NCBI GenBank assembly: GCA_040905565.1
Contig: JBBDRF010000012.1
Span: 119,966-183,965, forward strand
Source: Phycisphaeraceae bacterium
Lineage (GTDB): Bacteria > Planctomycetota > Phycisphaerae > Phycisphaerales > Zrk34
Length of the DNA stretch: 64,000 nt
Reading direction: 5' to 3'
Shown: in pieces, positions 20,293-29,884 of the stretch
Numbering within the stretch: the stretch's first letter is position 1
Layout of the letters: the number at the start of each line of letters is the position of its first letter
The notes under the pieces: generated by a model
The model's database searches: none
What the model was told of the DNA's origin: nothing
The model's input: the letters and a program-made list of their open reading frames with translations, nothing else
Made by a program: the position numbers and the translations under genes

Positions 20293-22086
20293 TTGAGTCG
20301 TAATCGTATGGCGCTAACGCAGTTTGTTGAGATGAAGAAGCCCAGCCGGTGGGACGAGCCGTTCGCGCGCGAACCGCTGGCGGACGAGCAGATCGACCGG
20401 CTGCTGACGATGGAACCGTTCGCGCATATGGATGCGAGCCGGTTCCCGCCGAACCTTCCGCTGAGCGACATTCTGCGAAACGACACGCGGATCGTGAACT
20501 GTCGGCGGGGCGACGTGGTGGTTCGGCAGGGCGATTACGGCAACTCGGTTTTTCTGGTGTTGAAGGGGGCGCTGGTGGCCTCGCTGGAACCGATCGCGCC
20601 CTCGCTGCTCGGTCGCAAGAGAGGTCAGCGACGTGGTTGGCTCGGCACAGCATGGCAGATGCTGACCAAGCCCCGCCTGCGCGAATCGCGTGATACAGCT
20701 GCTTATCCGCAATTCGCCAAGCGCGCGGGGGCGGCCGACTCAAGCGGCAATACCATCGCTGCGCAGGATTTTGTGAACCTACTGGAAGAGGATCCCGACG
20801 TCCTCGGCCGTTACAAGACCGCGCCCATCGAGGCCGGCCACATGTTCGGCGAACTTGGCGCTCTCGGACGCATCCCACGCACCGCCACCGTGCTCGCCGA
20901 TTCCGACGCGCAGCTGCTGGAAATTCGCTGGCAGGGCCTGCGCGATCTGCGTCGCCATGACGAGGCGCTTCGTGACCACGTCGATCGCCTGTATCGCCGA
21001 TTCGGCCTTTTGACACAGTTGCGACAGACGCCCTGCCTGGCACATCTCAATGAATCGGAGCTCGCTGAGGTCGTCGAGGCGGCAGAGTTCGATACGTACG
21101 GCAGCTTCGAGTGGTACGGCACGTATCGCCAACTTCGCGAGGAAAGTGCCGCTGGCCGCTTGCAGGCCGAGCCGATGATCGCGGAGCAGGGGCATCATCC
21201 TAACGGGCTCATCCTGATCCGGGCGGGCTTCGCACGCTTGAGCCGTCAGCACGGCACGGGCGAACAGACGTTGAGCTATCTCACACGCGGCCAGGCGTTC
21301 GGCCTCGGCGAGCTGCTGCACAATCACCAGCAGGACGCGCCCCGCCCTTACCAGTGCAGCCTCCGCGCGGTCGGCTATACCGACATCATCCGCATCTCCA
21401 CGCACGTGCTCGAACGCCTCGTTTTCCCACGCGCCGATCCCGGCCAGCTGGAAGCGATCGCGCCGTCGTTGGCGACACCGGCGCGCACCCCGATGGATGC
21501 ATCGGTCGATCCGCAGTGGTATCCCCCGCCCGAGCCGGAGCAGCAGATTGAACCCGGCGTGCTCGATTCGCTTGTCGAGCAGCGGCTGATCAACGGCACG
21601 GCCACCATGCTCATCGACATGGACCGCTGCACCCGCTGCGACCAGTGCGTTCAGGCTTGTGCCGACGGCCACTCCAACAACCCGCGTTTCCTTCGGCACG
21701 GCACCGTGATCGATCACTACATGGTGGCTAATGCCTGCATGCACTGTGCCGACCCGGTCTGCATGATCGGCTGTCCGACCGGGGCGATCCATCGCGATGC
21801 CGAGACGGGGAACGTCGAGATCAACGATCGCACGTGCATCGGCTGTTCGACCTGTGCGAACAACTGCCCTTACGACAACATCCGCATGGTCGAGATTCAG
21901 GATCAGCAGACGCAACGGCCGGTGGTCGATCCGGACACGGGTCAGCCGATCGTCAAAGCCACCAAGTGCGACCTCTGCACCGATCAAATGGGGGGCCCCG
22001 CTTGCCAGCGCGCCTGCCCACACGATGCGCTCGTGCGGATGGACATGCAGGACATTCCCTCCCTGTCGCAGTGGATGAATCGATGA
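20293..22086 (+). CDS. Cyclic-nucleotide-binding domain(s) fused to a DmsB/NrfC-type 4x[4Fe-4S] domain
   Basis: QGDYGNSVFLVLKG...FGELGALGRIPRTATV; a second degenerate cNMP domain; four Cys clusters CTRCDQCVQAC, CMHCADPVCMIGC, CIGCSTCANNC and CDLC...CQRAC. Start may be 20308. Confidence 0.88.
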   Translation: MSRNRMALTQFVEMKKPSRWDEPFAREPLADEQIDRLLTMEPFAHMDASRFPPNLPLSDILRNDTRIVNCRRGDVVVRQGDYGNSVFLVLKGALVASLEPIAPSLLGRKRGQRRGWLGTAWQMLTKPRLRESRDTAAYPQFAKRAGAADSSGNTIAAQDFVNLLEEDPDVLGRYKTAPIEAGHMFGELGALGRIPRTATVLADSDAQLLEIRWQGLRDLRRHDEALRDHVDRLYRRFGLLTQLRQTPCLAHLNESELAEVVEAAEFDTYGSFEWYGTYRQLREESAAGRLQAEPMIAEQGHHPNGLILIRAGFARLSRQHGTGEQTLSYLTRGQAFGLGELLHNHQQDAPRPYQCSLRAVGYTDIIRISTHVLERLVFPRADPGQLEAIAPSLATPARTPMDASVDPQWYPPPEPEQQIEPGVLDSLVEQRLINGTATMLIDMDRCTRCDQCVQACADGHSNNPRFLRHGTVIDHYMVANACMHCADPVCMIGCPTGAIHRDAETGNVEINDRTCIGCSTCANNCPYDNIRMVEIQDQQTQRPVVDPDTGQPIVKATKCDLCTDQMGGPACQRACPHDALVRMDMQDIPSLSQWMNR

Positions 22087-22904
22087 AAACGTTCGTCGCC
22101 AGACGCTGGACCTTGTTGACCGTCGCACTGTTGGCCGCGGCGCTGCTGCTGACGGCCTTCGTCGCGTATCACCTTCGCCTGCACCAGACAGCCTTCGCGT
22201 CCGGCTGGATTCTGCTGGCGATGATGCTGTTCCTCGCCGGCTACAATCTCCGCAAGAAACTGCGACTCTTTCCGCTGCTGCCGACTTCGTATTGGCTTCA
22301 GGCTCACATCTACGTGGGATTGTTGGCCGTGGTCGTCTTTGCCTGGCATATGGGTCTGCGGCTGCCGCGGGGCCCGCTCGAAGCGTCGCTTGCAGCGGCT
22401 TACCTGCTGACAACCGCGACCGGAATCTTCGGACTCTGGCTCTCACGCGCTGTGCCGCCACGCCTGACCACACGCGGCCAGGAGGTCATCTACGAACGGA
22501 TCCCAGCAATGCGTCGCACCTTGCGAGAGCGAGCGGAACGGCTTGCTGTGGAGGCAGTCGAGGAATCGCGATCGACCGTCCTCGCCGATTTCTACGAGCA
22601 GGAATTGGCCGGCTTTTTCGCGGGCGGCCGTGATCGCCTCGCCCACCTGCTGCAATCCGCTCGGCCGTTACGCAAAAGGCTAAACCGCCTCGACGCGCTG
22701 CGCCGTTACGTGAACAGGGAGGAGGCGGTCTACCTTGATGATCTTTCGGAGATGGTCCGCGCCAAGGACGCGCTCGATTATCACCAGGTCATGCAGGGCC
22801 TCCTCAAGGGATGGCTGTTTGTGCATGTGCCGATCACGTGGGCGCTGCTGTTGTTGATCGCGGTGCACATGGTCGCCGTCCACGCATTCTCCGGAGCGCT
22901 TTGA
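22083..22904 (+). CDS. Integral membrane protein with TM histidines (possible heme b / ferric-reductase-like)
   Basis: About 5 TM helices; YNLRKK, WLQAHIYVG, AWHMG, WLFVHVP and AVHMVAVH; ATGA-coupled start. Confidence 0.7.
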   Translation: MKTFVARRWTLLTVALLAAALLLTAFVAYHLRLHQTAFASGWILLAMMLFLAGYNLRKKLRLFPLLPTSYWLQAHIYVGLLAVVVFAWHMGLRLPRGPLEASLAAAYLLTTATGIFGLWLSRAVPPRLTTRGQEVIYERIPAMRRTLRERAERLAVEAVEESRSTVLADFYEQELAGFFAGGRDRLAHLLQSARPLRKRLNRLDALRRYVNREEAVYLDDLSEMVRAKDALDYHQVMQGLLKGWLFVHVPITWALLLLIAVHMVAVHAFSGAL

Positions 22905-24958
22905 TGGAGCCACTTCAGAACTTCGGACATCGCAACAGTGCGTACGAGCGGCCCAACGATGCATGGGTCTGCGGCTGGGCGTGCGAGGGTAATGCCTGCC
23001 AACGCGGCCCCGACGCACGCGGCCGATGCCAGATGCTCAGCGAATGTCAGCCCACCAAAGATGGCGATCGCTACCAATGCGCCTTGCCGGCTGCGGCAGG
23101 GGGGCCCTGCAAGGAAGGCCCGCGCCCCGACGGTTCGTGCTGTCGCCCGCAGATGCCTCATCCGCCGTGCCAGCCGCAACGCTCGCTCCGCAGCAAACGC
23201 AAGCGCGCCAGTTGGACCGTCGCCGTTGTGACCCTGGCGCTGATCGCCATCGCACTCGGCGGCAGCAATCGCGCCTGGTTCCTCACGCCCGGCGACCTCT
23301 CCGCACCCCACGCCGCCATCTCCCATCAAGGCATGTCGCCCGGCCAATCCTGCGCTGCCTGCCATGCTGTCGCCGACGATCATGGGCCGCAGGTCCTCGC
23401 CTCCCTCGTTGCTGGCGGCGCGGCACTCAAGCAGAGTCAGCAGTGTCTCGCGTGTCACTTCACCGGTGAGGGAGAGGCAGAGCACGCCATGCACGCCCAC
23501 GGCCTGCCGCCTGAGGAATTGCAACAACAGACGAATAACCGTGACGCGGACGCATCTGCTTCTCAGTCGGTCGCGCTGATTGTTGCTTCGTTGGCGCCAT
23601 CGCCGATGGAGGATGCTGAGCAATTCGCCTGTGCGCAGTGTCACCAGGAACATCGCGGCCGGTCGTTCGATCTGACGCACATGTCCGACGCACGCTGCCA
23701 GTCCTGCCATGCTGAGCAGTTCGAGAGCTTCAGCCAAGGCCATCCCGCGTTCCGCCCGAAGCCGACCGAGCCGGCCATCCATTTCGACCACGTGACGCAT
23801 CAGGATCACTTCGGCAGCGAACAGTGGTCGTGCGTGCGGTGCCACGGGCAGACCAAGCAAACGACGCTTAAACCGTTCGCACAGGCGTGCGCCAGCTGTC
23901 ACACCAATACGTCCGACGACCATCACGTTGAGCAGATCAAGCGGGCGTCGTTGACGGTATTCGAGGTGCCCGAACTGGACGTGGAAGAGGACGAAACGGT
24001 CGGCGAATGGCCGATGGAGATCGCGACCGGTATGGAGATGCCGCTGCTGATGCGGTTGCTGGTCGTCAGCGATGCGACGGCGATCGGACCGCTCAGCGAG
24101 GTGCGTGAGGAGTTCTGGGAGCCGGGGATGTGGTTCCCCGAGGAGCCGGAAGATGCGACGCATCTCGCCGTCGCCATCAAGGAAGCGATGCGTGATCTGC
24201 TCTTGGCAGATCGGCAGGCGCTCACCCGCCGTTTTTCCGTGGCACTGGCGGTCGATGCGGAAGACCCGAAGCTCGCCCGGCTCGTTCAGACGCTCATCGA
24301 CGCGCCCCTGCTTGACGAGCTTCAACAGAACGAAGCTTTGCAGCAGTTTCTCCAGCTCACGCCGAGGGAACCTGCCGATGCTGATCTGGCCTCGGCCTCG
24401 GCATCATCGGAGGCAGATGAGGCAGATGAGGCAGTGGGGTGGATCCTCGGCAACAACGGTGCTGTTGAGTACCAGGATCCGCAGCACGCGAACCCGTTCT
24501 ACCACGCCTTGCTTGACCTGCTCGCTGCGACGGCCGGCACGCCCGCCGAATCCGCCGACGAAGCAGCGCAATTCCGCGCCACCGTTCGAGAGGAAGTCTG
24601 GCAGACCGTACTCGACGGCGGTCCGCTATCCCCGTTCACGCTCGGCTGCCTCAAGTGCCACAACATCACGGGCAACGAGATTCAGTGGGAAAGCAGGCAG
24701 GTCGCCTTCCAGCACCCAGCTTCTGCATTCAGCAACGATGATCCTCACATCGTGCTCAACAGTCACGAAGCTCTTCGCCAAGGGCAGCAGTGCGTCATCT
24801 GTCACACGCCCACCGAGGCTGATCCCGAAACCGCCGGTGATGAGCTGGCCGATCGGCTCGACTTCAAGCCCCTCGATCGCGCCTCTTGCGCTACGTGCCA
24901 CAACGCCGTTGGTGCCCGCGAAAGCTGCCTCACCTGCCACAGCTATCACCATCAGTGA
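22904..24958 (+). CDS. Membrane-anchored decaheme cytochrome c (c3-like) with Cys-rich N-terminal domain
   Basis: Ten CxxCH; PGDLSAPH and IHFDHVTH; 10 non-heme Cys before a single TM helix; TGATG-coupled start. Confidence 0.88.
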   Translation: MEPLQNFGHRNSAYERPNDAWVCGWACEGNACQRGPDARGRCQMLSECQPTKDGDRYQCALPAAAGGPCKEGPRPDGSCCRPQMPHPPCQPQRSLRSKRKRASWTVAVVTLALIAIALGGSNRAWFLTPGDLSAPHAAISHQGMSPGQSCAACHAVADDHGPQVLASLVAGGAALKQSQQCLACHFTGEGEAEHAMHAHGLPPEELQQQTNNRDADASASQSVALIVASLAPSPMEDAEQFACAQCHQEHRGRSFDLTHMSDARCQSCHAEQFESFSQGHPAFRPKPTEPAIHFDHVTHQDHFGSEQWSCVRCHGQTKQTTLKPFAQACASCHTNTSDDHHVEQIKRASLTVFEVPELDVEEDETVGEWPMEIATGMEMPLLMRLLVVSDATAIGPLSEVREEFWEPGMWFPEEPEDATHLAVAIKEAMRDLLLADRQALTRRFSVALAVDAEDPKLARLVQTLIDAPLLDELQQNEALQQFLQLTPREPADADLASASASSEADEADEAVGWILGNNGAVEYQDPQHANPFYHALLDLLAATAGTPAESADEAAQFRATVREEVWQTVLDGGPLSPFTLGCLKCHNITGNEIQWESRQVAFQHPASAFSNDDPHIVLNSHEALRQGQQCVICHTPTEADPETAGDELADRLDFKPLDRASCATCHNAVGARESCLTCHSYHHQ

Positions 24959-25083
24959 TCGTCAAGCGTTATAGGGATGAGCGGGTCCGCCAGCATCTCC
25001 GTCATCGAAAGTGCATCGCCATCGGCGCGTGTATCGTTTAAGATGCCAAGGGTCTTCCGCGCGAGCACCTACAGGAACGAAAC

Positions 25084-26304
25084 ATGCAGCATTCACGATG
25101 GTTGGCTTTCGTGGTCTTTTTAGCCGGCACGCTTCTCGCCGGCCCCCTGGCCTTTGCTGAGCCACAGCTCGAGATCCAGTCAGGCGATCGCGTTCTCTTC
25201 GTTGGCAATACGCTCATCGAGCGCGCTCAACGTTACGACTACCTTGAACTGGCGATCACTACGCGATTCCCCGATGTCACCTATCGCAACCTCGGTTGGT
25301 CGGGCGATACCGTCTACGGCGAGGCGCGGGCCTACTTCGGCTCCCCAGCCGACGGATTCAACCACCTCAAGGAGCACGTGCATGCGCTCGAGCCGACCGT
25401 CCTGCTCGTGGCCTACGGGCTGAACGAATCGGCGCAAGGCGAAGCCGGACTTGAAGCGTTCACCGAAGGACTGAATCGGCTGCTCGCCATGCTGAGCGAG
25501 ACCGGGGCACGCATCGTGCTGCTCTCTCCGCTGCCTCACGAACAGGCCACGTCTCCCGTGCCGGATGTCAGTCCCGCCAACGCCGATATCAAGCTGTACA
25601 GTCAACGGATCGCCGCGGTCGCCGAGGCCGGCGGCCATGCCTACGTCGATCTATACACCTTGATGGATGAGCTTCAGGTCGCTCCTCCCATGCCCCTGAC
25701 CGGCAACGGCATCCACCTCACGGAACTCGGCTACTACCATCTGGCCGGCGCGCTCGAAGCGGGCCTGGGCTGGCCTCGCAGGCAGTGGCATGTTCATGTT
25801 GACGCTAGCGAGATCGAGCAAGCCCGGGGCACGCAGGTCCAGAACATCCGCGAAGACGGTGCCAGCATCCTGTTCGACGTCACCGATGATTACCTGCCTC
25901 TCGACCTGCCAGGCGGTGTCGAAGCAACGCGGTCGGAGCACCTCCCGCCTCGCGTTCTCCAGCTTTCGGAGATCGAAGACGGCACGTATCAGCTTCTGAT
26001 CGACGGCAACGTGATCGCCGAGGCTGAGGCCGATGCGTGGGCGGAAGGCGTCGAAATTCACGCGGGGCCTTCGTTCCAGCAGGCAGCGGCCCTACGCAAA
26101 CAGATTCTCCTGAAAAACAAGCTGTTCTTCCACCAATTCCGCCCTCAGAACGAAACCTACATCCGCGGGTTCCGCAAACATGAGCAAGGCCGACATGCAG
26201 CCGACTTACCACGCTTCGATCCGCTGATCGAAGAACGCGAAGTGAAGATCAACCGTCTGCGCCGGCCCGTCACGCACACCTACGAGATCAAACCGGTCAA
26301 CTGA
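25084..26304 (+). CDS. Secreted SGNH/GDSL hydrolase family protein
   Basis: FVGNTLIER, RNLGWSGDT, YGLNES and NGIHL. The block I Ser is replaced (GNT). Confidence 0.78.
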   Translation: MQHSRWLAFVVFLAGTLLAGPLAFAEPQLEIQSGDRVLFVGNTLIERAQRYDYLELAITTRFPDVTYRNLGWSGDTVYGEARAYFGSPADGFNHLKEHVHALEPTVLLVAYGLNESAQGEAGLEAFTEGLNRLLAMLSETGARIVLLSPLPHEQATSPVPDVSPANADIKLYSQRIAAVAEAGGHAYVDLYTLMDELQVAPPMPLTGNGIHLTELGYYHLAGALEAGLGWPRRQWHVHVDASEIEQARGTQVQNIREDGASILFDVTDDYLPLDLPGGVEATRSEHLPPRVLQLSEIEDGTYQLLIDGNVIAEAEADAWAEGVEIHAGPSFQQAAALRKQILLKNKLFFHQFRPQNETYIRGFRKHEQGRHAADLPRFDPLIEEREVKINRLRRPVTHTYEIKPVN

Positions 26305-26327
26305 CCGTGCGACGAAGGACTCTCCCC

Positions 26328-29300
26328 ATGTTCCCAATCAAATGGCTCACGCTCTTCGCCATGGTCGCGGCCGCCGCCACGCCTGCCTTCGCTCAGCGTC
26401 ACCTGACGGACATCCCCGAACCTGACGCGCAGCAGCAGAAGGAGATGCTCAGGCTGGACGATAACCTGGAGGTCAACCTCTTCGCGTCCGATCCCGACAT
26501 CGCCAAGCCGATCCAGATGAACTGGGATCCGCAGGGGCGGTTGTGGGTGGCCACCAGCAGTGTCTACCCGCAGATTCAGCCCGGCGAGGTCGCCAACGAT
26601 AAGATCATCGTGCTGGAGGACACCACCGGCGACGGCAAAGCGGATAAGAGCACCGTCTTCGCCGATGGGCTGCTGATTCCCACCGGTGTCGCTTACGGCC
26701 ACGGCGGCGTGTACGTGGCGAACTCCACCGAGCTGCTGCACCTGAAAGACACGAACGGCGACGGCAAGGCGGATCATCGCCGTGTCGTGCTCTCCGGCTT
26801 CGGCACCGAAGACACGCACCACATCATTCATACCTTCCGCTGGGGGCCCGACGGGTCGCTCTACTTCAATCAGTCGATCTACATTCACTCACATGTCGAG
26901 ACGCCCTGGGGCCCGCGCCGCCTGCTGGCGGGCGGCATCTGGAGGCTGCGGCCGGACGACCTGAAACTTGAAGTCTACTCCCGTGGCTGGGTTAACGCGT
27001 GGGGCCATGTGTTCGACAAGTGGGGCCAGTCCTTCGTCACCGACGGGGCCGGCGGGGAAGGTATCAACTACACCTTCCCCGGCGCCGCGTTCGCCACAGC
27101 ACGCGGCGCGCCGCGCGTCCTTCGAGGCCTCAACCCCGGCCAGCCCAAGCACGCGGGGCTCGGCGTCGTCTCCGGTCGGCACTTCCCCGAAAGCTGGCAG
27201 GGCAACCTGATCACCAACGATTTCCGCGGCAATCGCATCAACCGTTTCGTCATCTCCGAGTCGGGCTCCGGCTATGTTTCACGCCAGACGCAGGATCCGC
27301 TGACCACGTCGCACATCGCATTCCGGCCGGTCGACGCCCAGATGGGCCCCGACGGGGCGCTCTACATCGCCGACTGGTACAACCCCATCATTCAGCATGG
27401 CGAGGTGGATTTCCGTGACGAACGGCGGGACCGCGAGCACGGCCGCATCTGGCGCATCACTTACAAAGATCGCCCCATCGTTCAGCCGCCGCAGCTGATC
27501 GGCGTGCCCGTAGAGGACGTGCTCGACGCGCTTAAGCAGCCCGAAGGCTGGACGCGTCAGCAGGCCAAGCGGGTGCTTGCCGAGTCGCCAGCCGAGGAGG
27601 TCATCCCCGCGCTGAACAGCTGGGTCCAAGGCCTAGATGTCGAACATGACGATTACGCCCTCCACCTTCTTGAAGCGCTGTGGGTGCATCAGTCGCTTGA
27701 TGTGGTGAATGCCGAGCTGCTCGAGCGGGTGCTGGATTTGCCACATGCGGGAGCCCGCGCCGCTGCTGTGCGCGTCCTCGGTACCTGGCATGCCTCGCTC
27801 AACAATGCCGAACGACTGCTTGATCGCGCGGTGCAGGACGATCATGCACGCGTCCGGCTCGAAGCGGTGAATGCCCTCCGCAAACTTGATTCCGCCGAGG
27901 CTGCCCGCCTGGCCATGAAGGCGCTTGATCGTGATGTGGATCGGTTTCTCGACTACGCGATCTGGCTCACCGCTCGCGAGCTTAAGGGCCATTGGCTGCC
28001 CGCGCTCCAGGAAGATCCGCGTTTCTTCGGCGACCAGCTGGGTCGGGCCGTGTTTGCTGTGCATGCCGTTGAAGATGCCCGGGCGCTTGAGCCGCTGATC
28101 GGGCTTTACAAGGACGGTCAGCTTTCCGAGGCTGAGCAATCGCAGGTGGTGGACGTGATCGCGGCGGTGGGTTCCGCCGAGGCCCTCACGGTCGTGTTCG
28201 AACATGCGCTGGACGATCATGAGCGTCGCCCCGCGCTACTCTCGGCACTTGAGCGTGCAGCTCAACGGCGTAACGCCGCTCCCACGCCGGATGCCCAGCC
28301 ACGTATCCTCACACTCCTCGATGCCGATCCTGCGCGTGACCGCGCCGCCGCCGCTCGGCTCATCGGCTCATGGAAACTCGCCGCGGGCCGTGAGTCGTTG
28401 ACGCAGTTGGCCGACGCGGCCGAGATCGATGCCGGGCTTCGCGCTGCCGCCATCGAAGGGCTCGCGCGCATGGGCGATGCGCCCAGTAAGCAGGCCCTGC
28501 AAACGTTGACCGAGTCCAGCCGACCCGTGCCCATCCGTCTCGCTGCGATCGTGGGGCTGGCACAGATGGATCTTGCCGATGCCGCCGGGCGAGTCGGCGA
28601 GCTTCTTGCCGATGCCGGTGATCACGCTGACAAAACCGCGCCCGTCTTCGAAGCCTTCTACGCTCGGAAGGAAGGGCCCGACCATCTCATGAAGGCCCTG
28701 CAGAACGGCAAGCTCCCATCGCAGGTTGCTTCGGTCGGCATGCGTCGTATCAGCGTCGCGGGTCGTCCGCTGCCCGAACTGGAGAAGCTGCTGCGCGAGG
28801 TCGGCGATCTCGGCGCGGTCGCGCAATCACTCACCGACGAGCAGGTGCGCCAACTCGTGGCCGAGGTTCGCGAATACGGCGACCCTCACCGCGGCGAACG
28901 GATCTACCGCCGAACCGCGCTCATGTGCATGACCTGTCACGCCATCGGCGGCGCAGGCGGCAACCTCGGCCCCGACCTCATCAGCCTCGGTGGGGCCGCC
29001 CCCGTTGAACTCATCATTCAGCAGGTCCTCGAGCCCAGCCGGACGATCAAAGAGGGCTATCACACCGTTTCCGTCACAACCGACGAAGGCCGCGTGATCA
29101 CCGGGCTGCTCGTCCGGGAGACCGACCGTGAGTTGTACGTCCGTGACGCCACCGGTACCGAAAACGCGATTGCGCTGGAAAATGTCGCCACCCGCACCGT
29201 CAGCCCCGTCTCGCTGATGCCTCCCGGCTTAACCGCTTCGCTCAACCGTGACGAATTCGTCGACATGGTCAGCTTCCTCACGAAGCTCGGCACCGATGGC

Positions 29301-29777
29301 GATTTCAACATCGGCCCCGAGGAGGTCGCCCGCCGTTGGCGTTATCTGGCCGAAACGGACGACGCGAATGAGACGGTCGTCGAGCACGGCGTCGCCGGCA
29401 TCGTCGCGAACGCGGAGCAGCACGCATGGCTTCCGGTCTACAGCCGCGTCAGTGGTAATCTGGCACTGGATGACCTCCCGACCGTCGGCGATGCGGATCG
29501 CCATCAGCAGAAATTCCGGATCCTGCGATTTGACCTGAACGTCACCGCAGCCGGCGAGATTGATCTGGCGCTCAACGCTGCCCACGGCGTTCGCCTCTGG
29601 GTCAGCGGCGAGCCAGTCACCCTCGAAAGCGCTCGCGTCACGCTCGATCTGCCACGCGGCGTTCACCCTGTGATCCTCGCTGTGAGCAGGCAGGAACGCC
29701 CCAACGGCGACGTCCGCGTCACGATCCACGAACCCGACGCCTCCCCGGGTCGCGCGCAGGTCGTCGACGGTCCCTGA
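26328..29777 (+). CDS. PVC-type heme-binding protein (beta-propeller dehydrogenase-like + HEAT repeats + cytochrome c)
   Basis: VNLFASDP, GPDGALYIADWYN, HEAT-like repeats, CMTCH...GPDL and SLMPPGL. Confidence 0.88.
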   Translation: MFPIKWLTLFAMVAAAATPAFAQRHLTDIPEPDAQQQKEMLRLDDNLEVNLFASDPDIAKPIQMNWDPQGRLWVATSSVYPQIQPGEVANDKIIVLEDTTGDGKADKSTVFADGLLIPTGVAYGHGGVYVANSTELLHLKDTNGDGKADHRRVVLSGFGTEDTHHIIHTFRWGPDGSLYFNQSIYIHSHVETPWGPRRLLAGGIWRLRPDDLKLEVYSRGWVNAWGHVFDKWGQSFVTDGAGGEGINYTFPGAAFATARGAPRVLRGLNPGQPKHAGLGVVSGRHFPESWQGNLITNDFRGNRINRFVISESGSGYVSRQTQDPLTTSHIAFRPVDAQMGPDGALYIADWYNPIIQHGEVDFRDERRDREHGRIWRITYKDRPIVQPPQLIGVPVEDVLDALKQPEGWTRQQAKRVLAESPAEEVIPALNSWVQGLDVEHDDYALHLLEALWVHQSLDVVNAELLERVLDLPHAGARAAAVRVLGTWHASLNNAERLLDRAVQDDHARVRLEAVNALRKLDSAEAARLAMKALDRDVDRFLDYAIWLTARELKGHWLPALQEDPRFFGDQLGRAVFAVHAVEDARALEPLIGLYKDGQLSEAEQSQVVDVIAAVGSAEALTVVFEHALDDHERRPALLSALERAAQRRNAAPTPDAQPRILTLLDADPARDRAAAARLIGSWKLAAGRESLTQLADAAEIDAGLRAAAIEGLARMGDAPSKQALQTLTESSRPVPIRLAAIVGLAQMDLADAAGRVGELLADAGDHADKTAPVFEAFYARKEGPDHLMKALQNGKLPSQVASVGMRRISVAGRPLPELEKLLREVGDLGAVAQSLTDEQVRQLVAEVREYGDPHRGERIYRRTALMCMTCHAIGGAGGNLGPDLISLGGAAPVELIIQQVLEPSRTIKEGYHTVSVTTDEGRVITGLLVRETDRELYVRDATGTENAIALENVATRTVSPVSLMPPGLTASLNRDEFVDMVSFLTKLGTDGDFNIGPEEVARRWRYLAETDDANETVVEHGVAGIVANAEQHAWLPVYSRVSGNLALDDLPTVGDADRHQQKFRILRFDLNVTAAGEIDLALNAAHGVRLWVSGEPVTLESARVTLDLPRGVHPVILAVSRQERPNGDVRVTIHEPDASPGRAQVVDGP

Positions 29778-29824
29778 ACGGGCCGCCACTCGCCGCCACC
29801 CCATACGCAATCGCAGCGCGCATG

Positions 29825-29857
29825 AAAAAGGGCTCGCCCCATCCGGCGAGCCCTCTT
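29825..29857 (-). terminator. Intrinsic terminator between convergent genes
   Basis: Stem agggctcgcc/ggcgagccct with an A5 flank (T5 on the minus strand). Confidence 0.65.
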
Positions 29858-29884
29858 CCCACGAAAGGTATCGTGGAAGAAGCG

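Noticed and set aside
24410..24434. GAGGCAGAT tandem repeat in the decaheme gene
   Set aside because: A short in-frame low-complexity linker (EADEADEA) with no sign of function.
14374..24958. Assigning the multiheme cluster to MtrCAB, NrfA, HAO or anammox hydrazine systems
   Set aside because: Heme counts and spacing do not fit. There is no CxxCK motif, no octaheme protein, and the barrel is smaller than MtrB.
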